Shown here: positions 50,888-60,892 of the stretch, in pieces
How the letters are laid out: each line of letters starts with the position of its first letter
Numbering within the stretch: the stretch's first letter is position 1
DNA from: Acidobacteriota bacterium
Lineage (GTDB): Bacteria > Acidobacteriota > UBA890 > WLXD01
NCBI GenBank assembly: GCA_963666055.2
Contig: CAXWPH010000015.1
Location: 960,001 to 1,024,000, forward strand
Length of the DNA: 64,000 nt
Direction of reading: 5' to 3'
Program-made: the position numbers and the translations under genes
The notes under the pieces: model-generated
What the model was told of the DNA's origin: nothing
The model's database searches: none
The model's input: the letters and a program-made list of their open reading frames with translations, nothing else

Positions 50888-51253
50888 CGGAGTCTCCTGT
50901 AGCGGGGAGTTGGCGAGCCATAGGTATAAGAAGCAAATCGTTTGCCGAGAAAAGAGCTGGACCGCGTCATTTTTCGAGCAAACCTGGCAAGGGGTTCCTC
51001 ATTCAGGTCGGCCTGCGCATCTGGACTGCCCGTGATGTTGGTGTGACGAAAAATGATCCGAACGACGCCGCGCATCTTCCTGAGCGGTTTCTTGATGCAC
51101 TCCCACGAAGATTCGATGCGTGGGTCTCATGCTTCCTCACTTTCAGTGGGGGCTGCGACGGCACCTGTATACTCGGCGGGATGGGCGGTTTCAACGGAGA
51201 CAGGCTCGGCGATCCGAGCGGCTAGCCGCCGATGATGTGCCGGGACAGAGAGC

Positions 51254-52039
51254 ATGGCTACCCTCTCGCTCGTTGTCATCACGCGCAACGAGGAAGACAA
51301 TCTCGCCGAATGCCTCGACTCGGCTGCATGGTGCGACGAGATCGTCGTCGTCGACGACGAATCGACCGATGCGACCCGTGAAATCGCCCGTCGCCATACC
51401 GACAAGGTCTACCGAAGGAAACTGGACCGCTTCGGGCGCCAGAAGCAGTTCGCCATCGAGCAGGCGACCTGCGATTGGATCCTCGTCCTGGACGCCGACG
51501 AGAGGCTCACGGACGAGCTGGCCGACGGTATCCGCGAGGTCGTCGCGGCTGACGAAACCCGTTTCGATGGCTATCGGCTGCGACGGCTAACGTGGCTGTT
51601 CGGTGAGCCCGTGAGCTTCTCTGGGTGGTACAAATGCGTCCACCTGCGTCTGTTTCGTCGCGGCTGCGCCCGGTACGTCGATCGGCGGGTGCACGAATAC
51701 CCGGTGCTGATAAACGATGGACCGCTGGGCACACTACCAGGCCATCTGGACCATCACACATACGCAGATCTCGATGAGCTGGAATCGAAGCGCCAACGCT
51801 ACTCGAGCCTCGCGGCGGCAGACTGGTATGACACCGGTCGTCGCGTCAACTGGCTGAACGCCATCTGGTGGATGGGCGTCGTGCCGGCGGCCGCCTTCCT
51901 GCGTGAGTTGCTCGTCCAGGGCGGCTGGCGCGGCGGGCGTACCGGCCTGCGGATCGCGAAAATGGCGATGCTGTCGGACTACCAAACGATACGGAAACTC
52001 TGGAAGCTCAGTCGCGCGGCACGGGTCGCCGACTCCTAG
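51254..52039 (+). CDS. Glycosyltransferase family 2 (KdtX/WaaE-like)
   Basis: ITRNEE, VDDESTDAT, WILVLDADE, VHE. Confidence 0.9.
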   Translation: MATLSLVVITRNEEDNLAECLDSAAWCDEIVVVDDESTDATREIARRHTDKVYRRKLDRFGRQKQFAIEQATCDWILVLDADERLTDELADGIREVVAADETRFDGYRLRRLTWLFGEPVSFSGWYKCVHLRLFRRGCARYVDRRVHEYPVLINDGPLGTLPGHLDHHTYADLDELESKRQRYSSLAAADWYDTGRRVNWLNAIWWMGVVPAAAFLRELLVQGGWRGGRTGLRIAKMAMLSDYQTIRKLWKLSRAARVADS

Positions 52040-52847
52040 GCCCGTTCGGCTGGTCGTTGAGCGTCCAGTCGTAGCCCATGATCTTCACGCGTAACGTGTC
52101 GCGATGCTCGCGGATATACGCCGCGTCGGCGTCGGGGGCGTATCGGAGCACGTAGTCGACCACGTCTTCCGCGACCATCTCGAAGTCGCCTTCGTACCAG
52201 TCGAAGTACTTCGTCAGGTACAACGTGCCCGAATCGCGGTCGAGTTGCAGTGCCCGCGGCTGTCGCAGGAACTCGTACGACTGTTGCCCGAGCCTCTCGT
52301 CGAGATTCTCGGCTCGATACGGTTCGTTCAGCAGCCGAGGACAGCCGAACGCAGCGCAGACCAGCGCCCAGTGAATGCGCTCGTCGTCGAATTTCGCGCG
52401 AAGCGTATCGTGCTCGATGTTGTCGGCGCTCATGTCGCGGCCGGCCACCGGATACTTCTGCTTGAAGAAGCCGCCGATCAGTCCCCATAGGGCCCCGACA
52501 TCGCGCACGCTCTCGAGCGGGTAACGTTCCACGACGCCCCAGATCACCACGGCGTTGTAGGCGTTGATCCAGAACGCCATACGCTCCGTGTCGCTGGTGA
52601 ACGAGGTTGGGTCGACGGCGGCGATCGCTGTCATGAACGCCTCGAGATCGGCGAACCCGGCGGCCTTCAGTCCGGCATAGTTCACCAGCCCCTCATCGTC
52701 GACATAGCCGGCGAGCACCCGCGCCCACGGCGCGTACAGATCGTCGTCGGACGCTAGCGCCCCGGCGGCCGCCAACTCGCCCACACCGATACCGCTACCG
52801 CCAGTGGCGATGACGACGAGTGCGGCAATTGCGACGAAACGGTGCAT
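52008..52847 (-). CDS. DUF547 domain exported protein
   Basis: AFWINAYNA, IEHDTLR, RIHWALVCAAFGCP, FDWY, YDWTLND. Confidence 0.9.
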   Translation of the reverse strand: MHRFVAIAALVVIATGGSGIGVGELAAAGALASDDDLYAPWARVLAGYVDDEGLVNYAGLKAAGFADLEAFMTAIAAVDPTSFTSDTERMAFWINAYNAVVIWGVVERYPLESVRDVGALWGLIGGFFKQKYPVAGRDMSADNIEHDTLRAKFDDERIHWALVCAAFGCPRLLNEPYRAENLDERLGQQSYEFLRQPRALQLDRDSGTLYLTKYFDWYEGDFEMVAEDVVDYVLRYAPDADAAYIREHRDTLRVKIMGYDWTLNDQPNGPRSRRPVPRD

Positions 52848-52957
52848 TTCGGTACTCCTGGCTCGAGGAAGCTCAGTCTCACGACCCGGGCGTGGCGTGC
52901 TATTGCGACCACGGCCCGTCTCAGGGTGTTTGGTCTCCAGGGCCGAAAAGTTACCGG

Positions 52958-53194
52958 CTATTCGGATAGATGCTGCTCGATCCAGGCGGGGTCGAAGCCG
53001 ACGCGGAACTCATCACCGATCACCACCGTCGGCGTCGCCACCTGGCCGCCTGTGATCGCCCGTAGCGTACCGAACGCGTCGTCGAGGGTCGTGATGTCGA
53101 TGGAGTCGAATTCGACTCCCTTCTGCGAAAGAAACTCCTCCGCTTGTTTGCACGGTGCTCAGCCAGGGCTGCTGTAAACGGTGATGTGTGCCAT
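52958..53194 (-). CDS. Selenocysteine-containing glutaredoxin (NrdH-like, UxxC; Sec TGA at 53161-53159)
   Basis: MAHITVYSSPG-U-APCKQAEEFLSQKGVEF...ATPTVVIG...VGFDP; 78 aa; GAGGGA RBS; absent from the ORF track. Confidence 0.88.
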
Positions 53195-53213
53195 CGATTC
53201 GTCCCTCTGTTCG

Positions 53214-56200
53214 TTATCTCCCGGCGTCGAGAGCCGCGAAGTGTAACAGCGTGTTGAGTACCAATCCGTACTGCCCGTGGGTTTGATTACGCCACATCGG
53301 GTTGATGGCAAACAAGACCGCATGGCCGTCGCCCACCGGGACGTCGATGATCGCCGGTCGCGACGCCAGCGCGCCCGCGTCGCCGAGCAATCCCGAGATC
53401 AGCAGCTCGCTGCTGGAATCGTGGAAGCGCATCACCACACGGGGAACTTGATCGGGCGCCGGAACCAGATGGCCCGCCAGCAGGCGCATGCGATCGCTGA
53501 GATCCTGGCCGTCGTCGAAGTAGAGCTCCTCGTCGGCATCTTCATCATCCGCCTCGCCTTCCGACTCGTCCGCCTCGCCCTCCGACTCATCCGCCTCGCC
53601 CTCCGACTCATCCGCCTCGCCTTCCGGATCGTCCGCCTCACCTTCCGGGTCTACGTATGGCGGATGACCTGGAACCACGTCCTCGCCCCGCCGGCCGGAG
53701 GCGCGCTCGGTTTCGTCGCTCCCGCCCCCGCCGAAGCTGCGGGGCGCAGCGTCCACACGCAGCAACGGGGCGTTGCTGAAGTACACCGCCATGTCCTCAT
53801 CGTAACCGTAGGCGATGGGGCTGAGCTCGGCGGTGATCCTGGCGCTGAACAGGGCGCCGCGAGCCTTCATATCGGAGGGGGTGTCATCTATCCGCACGTA
53901 GGGCGCGATGCCGGTCTGGGTCAGGAAACCGATGGAGCTGGTGGCCGCAATGATGATGCCGCCGTGCTCGACGAAGCGCTGGATCTTGGCCACGCCATCG
54001 AATCCGATGCCCGCGGTCATGTCGTCGGTGGAGTCGATGTGACCCAAATTGGGAGTGACCTCGGTGCGTTTCCAGGCGATCGGCTGATTGCTGCGGGCGC
54101 CTTGTACGATGCGGGTAACGTCACCCCAACCGGGAGCCATGATGAGCACATCCCAGCGCTCGTTCAGATTGTCGGTTTCGCCGATCGCGTCGGTCGAGAT
54201 GTACTCATAAGGAACGCCGGCGTCGTCGAGTGCATAGCGCCACCAGCCTTCGCTCTGAGTGTTGATCCAGGTGTGGACCAGGCCGATCCGCGGTACTGGC
54301 ATGTCGTGCGCGGCGACCTCCGGAGTCGAGGAGATGGCGTTCAGCCATAGGCCGAGCTCGGTCGCCGCCCCGACCGCCCGCCGCCGCACTTCCGGGTCGC
54401 CGCCGTCGATTAGCATGCTGCCGGCCGGGTAGGTCGTGTCGCCGATGGTGAACTCGTCCTCGGCGGCGCGCATCTGCAGGTCGGCAAGCGCGAAGCGGAA
54501 GCTCGCCACCTCCGGTTCGCCGGTCGCCGCAAGCACCAGGGTGGATCCATCGCCGGAGATTCCCCCGTCCGGGGCGGTGGCATCGAGCGCCATCATGCTG
54601 ACATCGAGCACCGCGGTGTCCTTGACGCGGTAGGTGTCGACGTTGAACAGCGGGCCGAGCGACCAGCCGGTGTCGTCATAGGGTCGGGGGTCGCTGGGGT
54701 TGTAGTACTGGTAGTCGAGCAGCATGTCGGCGAGCCGGCTGTAGGGTTGATCCATGCGCACGATGATGTCGCCGGCGGCGAACTGCACCGTCTCGCTGTC
54801 GTCGGGCTGGCGCGAGGCTTCGATCTCGAACGCCTCCGAGGCGACGTGGAGCTCGATGGTCTGCGCTTGCAGCAGATCGACAAGACGCCGTGTGAGCCGC
54901 GGGCGCGGCCCGTCGGCGGGAATCAACCAGGCGGCGGGGCCCTCGCGCTGCGGCTTTTCGATCGCCCGCTTGCCCTTCCGATAGAACGTCTCCAGAAAGC
55001 GATCCTTGTTCGTCGCCACGTTGTGAAGGCCGACGACGAGCGCGCTTTGCATCAAGTTGGTGTTGTTGCGCAGCGACCACAGTACCTTCGGGGTGGGTGG
55101 GTTCATGCGGTACCAGGCGCGCTGCGACTGGCTGCCGATCTCGCGCATCTGGGTTTCCGGAACGCTGTTGCCGAACGTCTCGTAGAAGCGACCCACCGAG
55201 TTCCGCCCCATCGCCGCGTAGATCATGTAGTTGGCGGCCCAGCCATCGAAGAAGTTGAACGTCCAGACACCCGGTACGTTCCACTCGTTCATCTTCCGCA
55301 CCTCGGTCCACGCCATCTCCACCCACTCCTCGGTGGTAATGGGGTCGAGCCAGGAGTTGAACGGGCCGTGGCCACTCATGATGTACAGAAATGGTACCGA
55401 CTCGTGCAGGTCGTGCATCACCTGCGGGTGCCACTGCAGGTACGTTTCGATGGCCTGCCGGGAGAGGGTCAGCGCCAGCCCGATGCCGTCGCGGTTATTG
55501 TCGTGGGCGACGTACTTGCCCCAGTAGACGAGGTTCGGTGCGGCCTTGCCTGGGTTGGCGGCGCGATAGCGCATGATGTCGATCATGCGCTCGCGACCGT
55601 CCACCTCGACCACCGGGGTGGCCATGAAGATCAAATTGTCGCGAATCTCGTCGAAGATGGGTCGCTCGTCTACCGCGAAGCGATAGATCAGCTCCATGAG
55701 CATCTCCGGTGAGCCGGTCTCCGGCGAGTGAAGCCCGCCGGTTGCCCAGTAGATCGCCTTGCCGTGGCCGATCAACTGGGTCGCCTCTTCGTCGGTCAGG
55801 TGGCGGGGATCGGCGAGGCGAGCAGTGATCTCGCGATAACGATCGAGGTTGGCCATCGACTCGTCGCTTCCGGCGACTACGAGAATGCGCTCGCGGTTCT
55901 CCTCGGTCTCTCCCATGCGAAAGACCTGCACGCGCGGCGATGCATCGGCGACGGCCCGCATGTACGAGTGCACGTCGGCGGCGTAGGTGAGGTGTCCCTC
56001 GGCTCCGGCGATGTAGCCGTGGAAGTCGAGCGGTGTGGGGACGGTGCTCGAGGCTGGCAGCACTTCGACGATGGGCGTGAGGAACTTCTCGTCGGTGGTG
56101 TGGGCACGAATCTCGGCCCCGTAGCGTGCGTCGAGCTGCTGGCCATCCTGTGCCATCGCCGGGGCGACGACGGCAATGACCAGCGTGAGGATCGCGACTC

Positions 56201-56237
56201 GTGGTCGCCGGCGGCTACCGATCATTTCGTGGTCCAC
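53214..56237 (-). CDS. Exported M14-family zinc carboxypeptidase-like protein
   Basis: GLHSPE, DG, HDNNRD, DLHE zinc motifs; signal peptide. Confidence 0.85.
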   Translation of the reverse strand: MDHEMIGSRRRPRVAILTLVIAVVAPAMAQDGQQLDARYGAEIRAHTTDEKFLTPIVEVLPASSTVPTPLDFHGYIAGAEGHLTYAADVHSYMRAVADASPRVQVFRMGETEENRERILVVAGSDESMANLDRYREITARLADPRHLTDEEATQLIGHGKAIYWATGGLHSPETGSPEMLMELIYRFAVDERPIFDEIRDNLIFMATPVVEVDGRERMIDIMRYRAANPGKAAPNLVYWGKYVAHDNNRDGIGLALTLSRQAIETYLQWHPQVMHDLHESVPFLYIMSGHGPFNSWLDPITTEEWVEMAWTEVRKMNEWNVPGVWTFNFFDGWAANYMIYAAMGRNSVGRFYETFGNSVPETQMREIGSQSQRAWYRMNPPTPKVLWSLRNNTNLMQSALVVGLHNVATNKDRFLETFYRKGKRAIEKPQREGPAAWLIPADGPRPRLTRRLVDLLQAQTIELHVASEAFEIEASRQPDDSETVQFAAGDIIVRMDQPYSRLADMLLDYQYYNPSDPRPYDDTGWSLGPLFNVDTYRVKDTAVLDVSMMALDATAPDGGISGDGSTLVLAATGEPEVASFRFALADLQMRAAEDEFTIGDTTYPAGSMLIDGGDPEVRRRAVGAATELGLWLNAISSTPEVAAHDMPVPRIGLVHTWINTQSEGWWRYALDDAGVPYEYISTDAIGETDNLNERWDVLIMAPGWGDVTRIVQGARSNQPIAWKRTEVTPNLGHIDSTDDMTAGIGFDGVAKIQRFVEHGGIIIAATSSIGFLTQTGIAPYVRIDDTPSDMKARGALFSARITAELSPIAYGYDEDMAVYFSNAPLLRVDAAPRSFGGGGSDETERASGRRGEDVVPGHPPYVDPEGEADDPEGEADESEGEADESEGEADESEGEADDEDADEELYFDDGQDLSDRMRLLAGHLVPAPDQVPRVVMRFHDSSSELLISGLLGDAGALASRPAIIDVPVGDGHAVLFAINPMWRNQTHGQYGLVLNTLLHFAALDAGR
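53545..53648. repeat. 21-bp tandem repeat (about 5 copies) encoding EGEAD(E/D)(S/P)
   Basis: TCATCCGCCTCGCCCTCCGAC-type units inside the M14 gene. Confidence 0.9.
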
Positions 56238-56375
56238 AGCGGAACAGTTCGAAGGGAGCGGCCGAAGCTCGGCAAGCGGATTCGGTCGCGCTCAGGTAGC
56301 CGGAGGCGGTGCCGCCAAGCGCGTCCGTGCGGCCCGGCGCGCTGTAGTAGGAGTTATGTTCGACCGAGGGTCAAG

Positions 56376-56450
56376 TGGTTGGGGCGCAGGGACTCGAACC
56401 CCGATTCTACGGTCCAGAGCCGTATGTCTTGCCAATTGGACGACGCCCCA
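56376..56450 (-). tRNA. tRNA-Gln(CTG)
   Basis: TGGGGCG acceptor, TACGG-CT-CTG-GA-CCGTA anticodon arm, GGTTCGAGTCC, encoded CCA. Confidence 0.96.
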
Positions 56451-56523
56451 ACCTGGAAACGAGATGGTAAGCGGCGAGTGTACCGCCCGCAATCGAGCCG
56501 AGCGGCATTCGACACGCCACCAG

Positions 56524-56578
56524 CGTCAGGCCACCTTCCAGCTGGCCCCAACCAGGCCCGCCACACTTCCACCACTAG
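56524..56578 (+). repeat. Dispersed intergenic repeat, copy 3 (3'-truncated, abuts the MITE)
   Basis: CGTCAGGCC...CAACCAGGCCCGCCACACTTCCACCACTAG. Confidence 0.75.
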
Positions 56579-56726
56579 CAGGGTGCTGAAGAACTCTGGT
56601 GGGTCTTGCTGGCGATCTCAGCGTCAGAGCTCCTCGACGATGACCCTGGCATCGCCCTCGTCGCTCTTCCTTGATCTCGCCAGCAAGACCCACCCGCCAG
56701 ACCCATCAGAGTTTTTCAGCACCCTG
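56579..56726. mobile_element. 148-bp MITE-like element
   Basis: Terminal IRs CAGGGTGCTGAAGAACTCTG / CAGAGTTTTTCAGCACCCTG, CTAG on both sides, internal IR GGTGGGTCTTGCTGGCGA / TCGCCAGCAAGACCCACC. Confidence 0.85.
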
Positions 56727-59048
56727 CTAGGCGTCGAGAGGCTCGTCGGCGTCGGCGAGGGCCCCCTCGCCGTTGGCGCCGTTGCTTATGTCGCGATGCC
56801 AGACGAGCAAGCCGGGCAGCAACACCACAGCTGTCAACCAGGTGCACAGCAACCCGACGACCGCCAGCAGGCCGATCGAGCGCAACCCGGGATGATGTGC
56901 GAAAGCCATCCCGGCGTATCCCATGATTGTCGTCAACGTTGCCACGGTGATCGGCTCGAAGAGCTCCAGTTGAGTTGCGGCCGTATCGCCGTCGAGCTCT
57001 CGCCAGCGCCGGTAGTAGTGCACTCCGTGATCCACTCCGAGACCGAGCAGCGTTGGCAGCACCACCATATTGAAGAAGTTCACCCGCCATCCGAGAGCGA
57101 TCACGGCGCCGAAGGTCAACAGCAGGCTCGCTACCAGCGGTACTAGCACCCAGGCCGCCTGGTTCACGTCACGACGGTCGATGACCACCAGGATGAAGAC
57201 GCCAAGGAACGTAAGGACAACGATGAGTGGCCCCTCGCGCGTGACTAGCCAGAGGATCTCCGCCAACACCGGCTTATCGCCCGTCGGACCAAGGATGCCG
57301 GCGGGCAGCTCCAGGTCGTAGAGCTCGCGCGTGAAACGCATTGTTATGACGCCGTCCTTGCCCGGACCGGTGGCGTGCAGTCCCAGGATGTAGGCGCCGG
57401 AGCCGTCCAGCGTGACCATGTCCTGCAGCACCGACTCCGGCAGGTCCTCGACCTGCGGCAGGTTCTCCGGCATCTCGAAGCCGAGCACATCCTCGATGAC
57501 ACGGATGCGCTCCGGGTCCTCGACGCGACGTACCCATCGCCGAGCGAGCATCTCCTGGATCAGTGCCAAGGAGTCGCGCCGCAACTGCACCTCAGCCTCA
57601 TCGGGGGCGAAGTCACGCACGCTCGCGACTCGCCCGATCACCGATCCCGGCTCCGCTGCGGTACTGGCGATCAGCGCCAGCATCTCGTCGAGCGCCTCGA
57701 GGTCCTCGGCGACGTAGATCGCCGAGGGCCCGAAGAAGATCGGGTACACTTCCTCCTGTTTCTCGCGGATCGCGTCGAGCTCCTCTAGGTTGGCGCTGAA
57801 GTTGGCAAAGTCGTAGTCGAACTCGAGCAGGAACGCCGAGGCATAGGCCGAGACAATTACCAGCGTGCTCAGCAGAGCGGCCGACCAGCTCGGAGGGATT
57901 GCCAGTCGAGCACTCGGATAGCGCGGCGCGCTCGGCGTAACCAGGCCGAGTCGATGGCCGGCGCTCAACGTTGCCGGCATCACCAACAGCATGCACGCGG
58001 TCACCACCAGGATGGCCGTACCGCCAATCAGCCCGAAGTCGGAGAAGCCTCGGAAGCCCGATACCGCCAGGATGAACAGCCCGAACGACGTCGTAAGCCC
58101 CGAGGTGAAGACCGAGCGCCCGGTAGAGGTGAAGGTCTCGGCGAGCGCGACCTCCGGTGGCTGGCTGAGGATCTCGTGTCGGAAGCGTTTCACCAGGTGA
58201 ATGGAATAGTCGACCCCCATGCCAAACAGCACCATCAGCAGGAACGAGGTGATGGTGTTGAGATCGCCGACCAGATCGGGCACGAAGGCGAACGCCCATA
58301 TCAAGCCGGCCGCGATCGGATACAGCAGCACCGGAAGCACGCGCACCGACCGGAAGCTGATCGCCAGCGTCAACAGAATAGCCGCCGCCGCTACCGCGCC
58401 AGTCCGGGTGACGTCGGAGACGATGACGTCGAATTCCTCCACCCGCGTGCGCAGCGAGCCGCCGATGGAGACGACCACCCCAGCGGCGCCCGCCTCCTCG
58501 CTGGCGATGCTATCGATGCGCTGGTAGAGGTCTCGCAACCCGGTCAGGTCGGTCAGACCTTCGCTGGTCCTCAGGATCACTCCGTACATCGTGTCGTCGG
58601 CGTCGCGGTGGTACTCGGGTAGCTCGCTGTACAGCCGCACGATGCGCTCGAGATCAGATTCCTCCTCGCTTGCCGAATCGTCGAGATCGTCGAGGAACGG
58701 GTTTACCTCCGCTTCCCAGTCCTCGATCGTCTCGATAGCTGTCTCGAGCTGATCGGAAGGCACGAGACCGTAGCGGTAGCGCTCGACGAATTCGGTCGGG
58801 TAGCGGTGGTTGATATCGGTGATCTCCTCGAGCAATTGCAATCGCGCCACCGTGTGATCGACTGCCCTCTTGAGCGATTCGGGGTCGCCGTGCTCGAAGA
58901 TGAGGCTGAAGTACCCGCCGTCGCCGACCAGTGGCTCCAAGTCGCGACTCCATTGCACCGCCGGGCTGTCCTGTGGCAGCAGCCGCGTCAGGTCGGAGTC
59001 GAGGCCGAGAGTGCGCGCCCGCATGAACGCCGGGACAGTGAGCAGCAC
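56727..59048 (-). CDS. MMPL/RND-family transporter (HpnN-like); true 5' end probably near 59169
   Basis: Two repeats with GMGVDYSIH and GLGVDHGVH motifs, large periplasmic loops, about 12 TM segments. Confidence 0.88.
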   Translation of the reverse strand: MLLTVPAFMRARTLGLDSDLTRLLPQDSPAVQWSRDLEPLVGDGGYFSLIFEHGDPESLKRAVDHTVARLQLLEEITDINHRYPTEFVERYRYGLVPSDQLETAIETIEDWEAEVNPFLDDLDDSASEEESDLERIVRLYSELPEYHRDADDTMYGVILRTSEGLTDLTGLRDLYQRIDSIASEEAGAAGVVVSIGGSLRTRVEEFDVIVSDVTRTGAVAAAAILLTLAISFRSVRVLPVLLYPIAAGLIWAFAFVPDLVGDLNTITSFLLMVLFGMGVDYSIHLVKRFRHEILSQPPEVALAETFTSTGRSVFTSGLTTSFGLFILAVSGFRGFSDFGLIGGTAILVVTACMLLVMPATLSAGHRLGLVTPSAPRYPSARLAIPPSWSAALLSTLVIVSAYASAFLLEFDYDFANFSANLEELDAIREKQEEVYPIFFGPSAIYVAEDLEALDEMLALIASTAAEPGSVIGRVASVRDFAPDEAEVQLRRDSLALIQEMLARRWVRRVEDPERIRVIEDVLGFEMPENLPQVEDLPESVLQDMVTLDGSGAYILGLHATGPGKDGVITMRFTRELYDLELPAGILGPTGDKPVLAEILWLVTREGPLIVVLTFLGVFILVVIDRRDVNQAAWVLVPLVASLLLTFGAVIALGWRVNFFNMVVLPTLLGLGVDHGVHYYRRWRELDGDTAATQLELFEPITVATLTTIMGYAGMAFAHHPGLRSIGLLAVVGLLCTWLTAVVLLPGLLVWHRDISNGANGEGALADADEPLDA

Positions 59049-59467
59049 GGTGAGCCCGATCCACAGGAACGCGAACCGATGCGACCAACGGCAGACCGCG
59101 CTGATCCCCCGGTAGAAGATCGTGCGCTCGCGAGCGGTGCGACGCTGGAGTTTGCAGCTTGTCGGTCACGGGCGGATGGGTTGGGCGGGCTTGTCGTACG
59201 ACCAGCCGACAGCGCAAGCGGCAGACAGGCCATGCCCGCTAACGGTCGTGACGGGCGTCGATCGCGCCGGAAACGCGCGGCTCACCTTTCAAGGCTCTAG
59301 GAAGGGTTCGCAGGCGTCAAGCCCAGGCTTGTGCGACGGCGCTAGGCGCACCCGAGGTGGCATGCTGGCGAAGCTGCCGAACTCTGCCACTGCGCGGCGC
59401 GATGCTACGCTTAAGCTGCCGTCCCGAACGTAAACTGACCCTCCAGCCAGATCCGTTAGGAGACCCC

Positions 59468-60892
59468 ATGCGCGCCGAGCCCCATGGGCGCCAGCTGTCC
59501 CCGGCCGCCAGCCTGTTGTTAGTCACCGCCCTGCTGGTGGCGGCGAGCGCCAGCGGACAGGAGCCGCAGCCAGCCGCGCGTACCACTGTGCGTCTCGGTC
59601 TCGCTGCCGTGCTGGCGCGGGTGGTCGACTCCAACCCACTGATGCGGGCTCACCGACTGGATGTGGCTCGCGCCGAAGTTGACCTCGACCAGTGGCAGAG
59701 CTTCTGGTCGTTGCCGGAGTTACAGCTGGACAGCTACTCGGGTGTGGTTCCCGGTGCGCGCGGCGACATCTTCAATTCCCCCGACACATCCAGCGACCTG
59801 AACGATCTCGGCCCGTTCTTCAGAGGCCAGATCGGGTTTGCCATTCCGGTGTACGGATTCGGGCGGCTTCGACATGGCACGGCGGCGGCGCGTGGCGTGG
59901 TGGAGGCCAAGGCATCGGAGAGTCAGCGGGCCCGCGACGAGTTGTCGAGGGAGGTCATCCGCACCTATTGGGGGGCGCTGTCGGCCGGCCGCGCCTTCGG
60001 TATCGCGGAGGATATGCGCAGTTCCTACGACGAGCTCCTCGAGCAGGCCGAGGAAAAGCTCGATACAGGCGATATCGACCCCAACGATGCCTGGGAGATC
60101 CGCGCTGGCAAGTACGACGTCGACGCGGTCTACCTGGAGGCGCGTCAGACCGAGCGGCTACTGCGCAATGCGCTTGCCAAGCTGATGGGCTTTGACAGCG
60201 GCAATGCCTATGAGCTCCGGGACGACGGGATGCCGGCGGTGGCTCTTGCCCGCGCCGCCCTGCCTGCCCTGCAGGCGGTGGCCATTGAGCGTAATCCGCA
60301 GCTCCGCGCCCTTGCCGCTATCGCCGGTGCGCTCGACGAGGCCATGGGGCTGAGCCGGAGCAATCGCTGGCCGCTCATCCTGATCGGTGGCGGGTTCGGC
60401 TACGCGCGCTCGTCGGCGCGCGACGATCAGAAAAACCCGTTTGCCTACGACGAGTTCAACTTCACACGCGTCGGAGCTGCGCTGAATGTGCGCTGGGACC
60501 TCAACTTTGCCCGCCACAGCCTGGATATCGCCCGTCGGAGAATCGAGCGTGACGCCACCCTGGCTCGCCGGCAGGCGTTGCAAATGAGTGTCGAGCTTGA
60601 CGTTGCGCGTGCCCTCGAAGCCGTGCTGAAGAACGTTGATTTGCAGGATGCGGCCCGCCAGACGCGCCGGGAAACACGTCGCTGGCTACGGTCTGCGGGC
60701 GACGACTTCGACCTAGGGATCGGTGAGGCGCAGCCCCTCATCAAGGCCTACCGTGCCGACTATCGTTTACAGCAGGAAGTCGTTAAGAGAGAATATGAGT
60801 TGATGGTCTCCTTGGCCGAGTTGGCCTTTGTTATCGGAGACCTTTCTTCATACCTACAGTGGATTGCTGATGGCCAAGTCGTCCTCGACTAG
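59468..60892 (+). CDS. TolC-family outer-membrane efflux protein
   Basis: Signal peptide; two helical repeats beginning DSNP / ERNP; typical outer-membrane-factor layout. Confidence 0.8.
   Translation: MRAEPHGRQLSPAASLLLVTALLVAASASGQEPQPAARTTVRLGLAAVLARVVDSNPLMRAHRLDVARAEVDLDQWQSFWSLPELQLDSYSGVVPGARGDIFNSPDTSSDLNDLGPFFRGQIGFAIPVYGFGRLRHGTAAARGVVEAKASESQRARDELSREVIRTYWGALSAGRAFGIAEDMRSSYDELLEQAEEKLDTGDIDPNDAWEIRAGKYDVDAVYLEARQTERLLRNALAKLMGFDSGNAYELRDDGMPAVALARAALPALQAVAIERNPQLRALAAIAGALDEAMGLSRSNRWPLILIGGGFGYARSSARDDQKNPFAYDEFNFTRVGAALNVRWDLNFARHSLDIARRRIERDATLARRQALQMSVELDVARALEAVLKNVDLQDAARQTRRETRRWLRSAGDDFDLGIGEAQPLIKAYRADYRLQQEVVKREYELMVSLAELAFVIGDLSSYLQWIADGQVVLD

Noticed and set aside
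50890-51250. Riboswitch or ncRNA in the divergent intergenic region
   Set aside because: Only short hairpins and a GGCAAAC word; no full consensus recognisable without a covariance search
53545-53648. CRISPR array
   Set aside because: Contiguous in-frame repeats without unique spacers; no cas genes in the window
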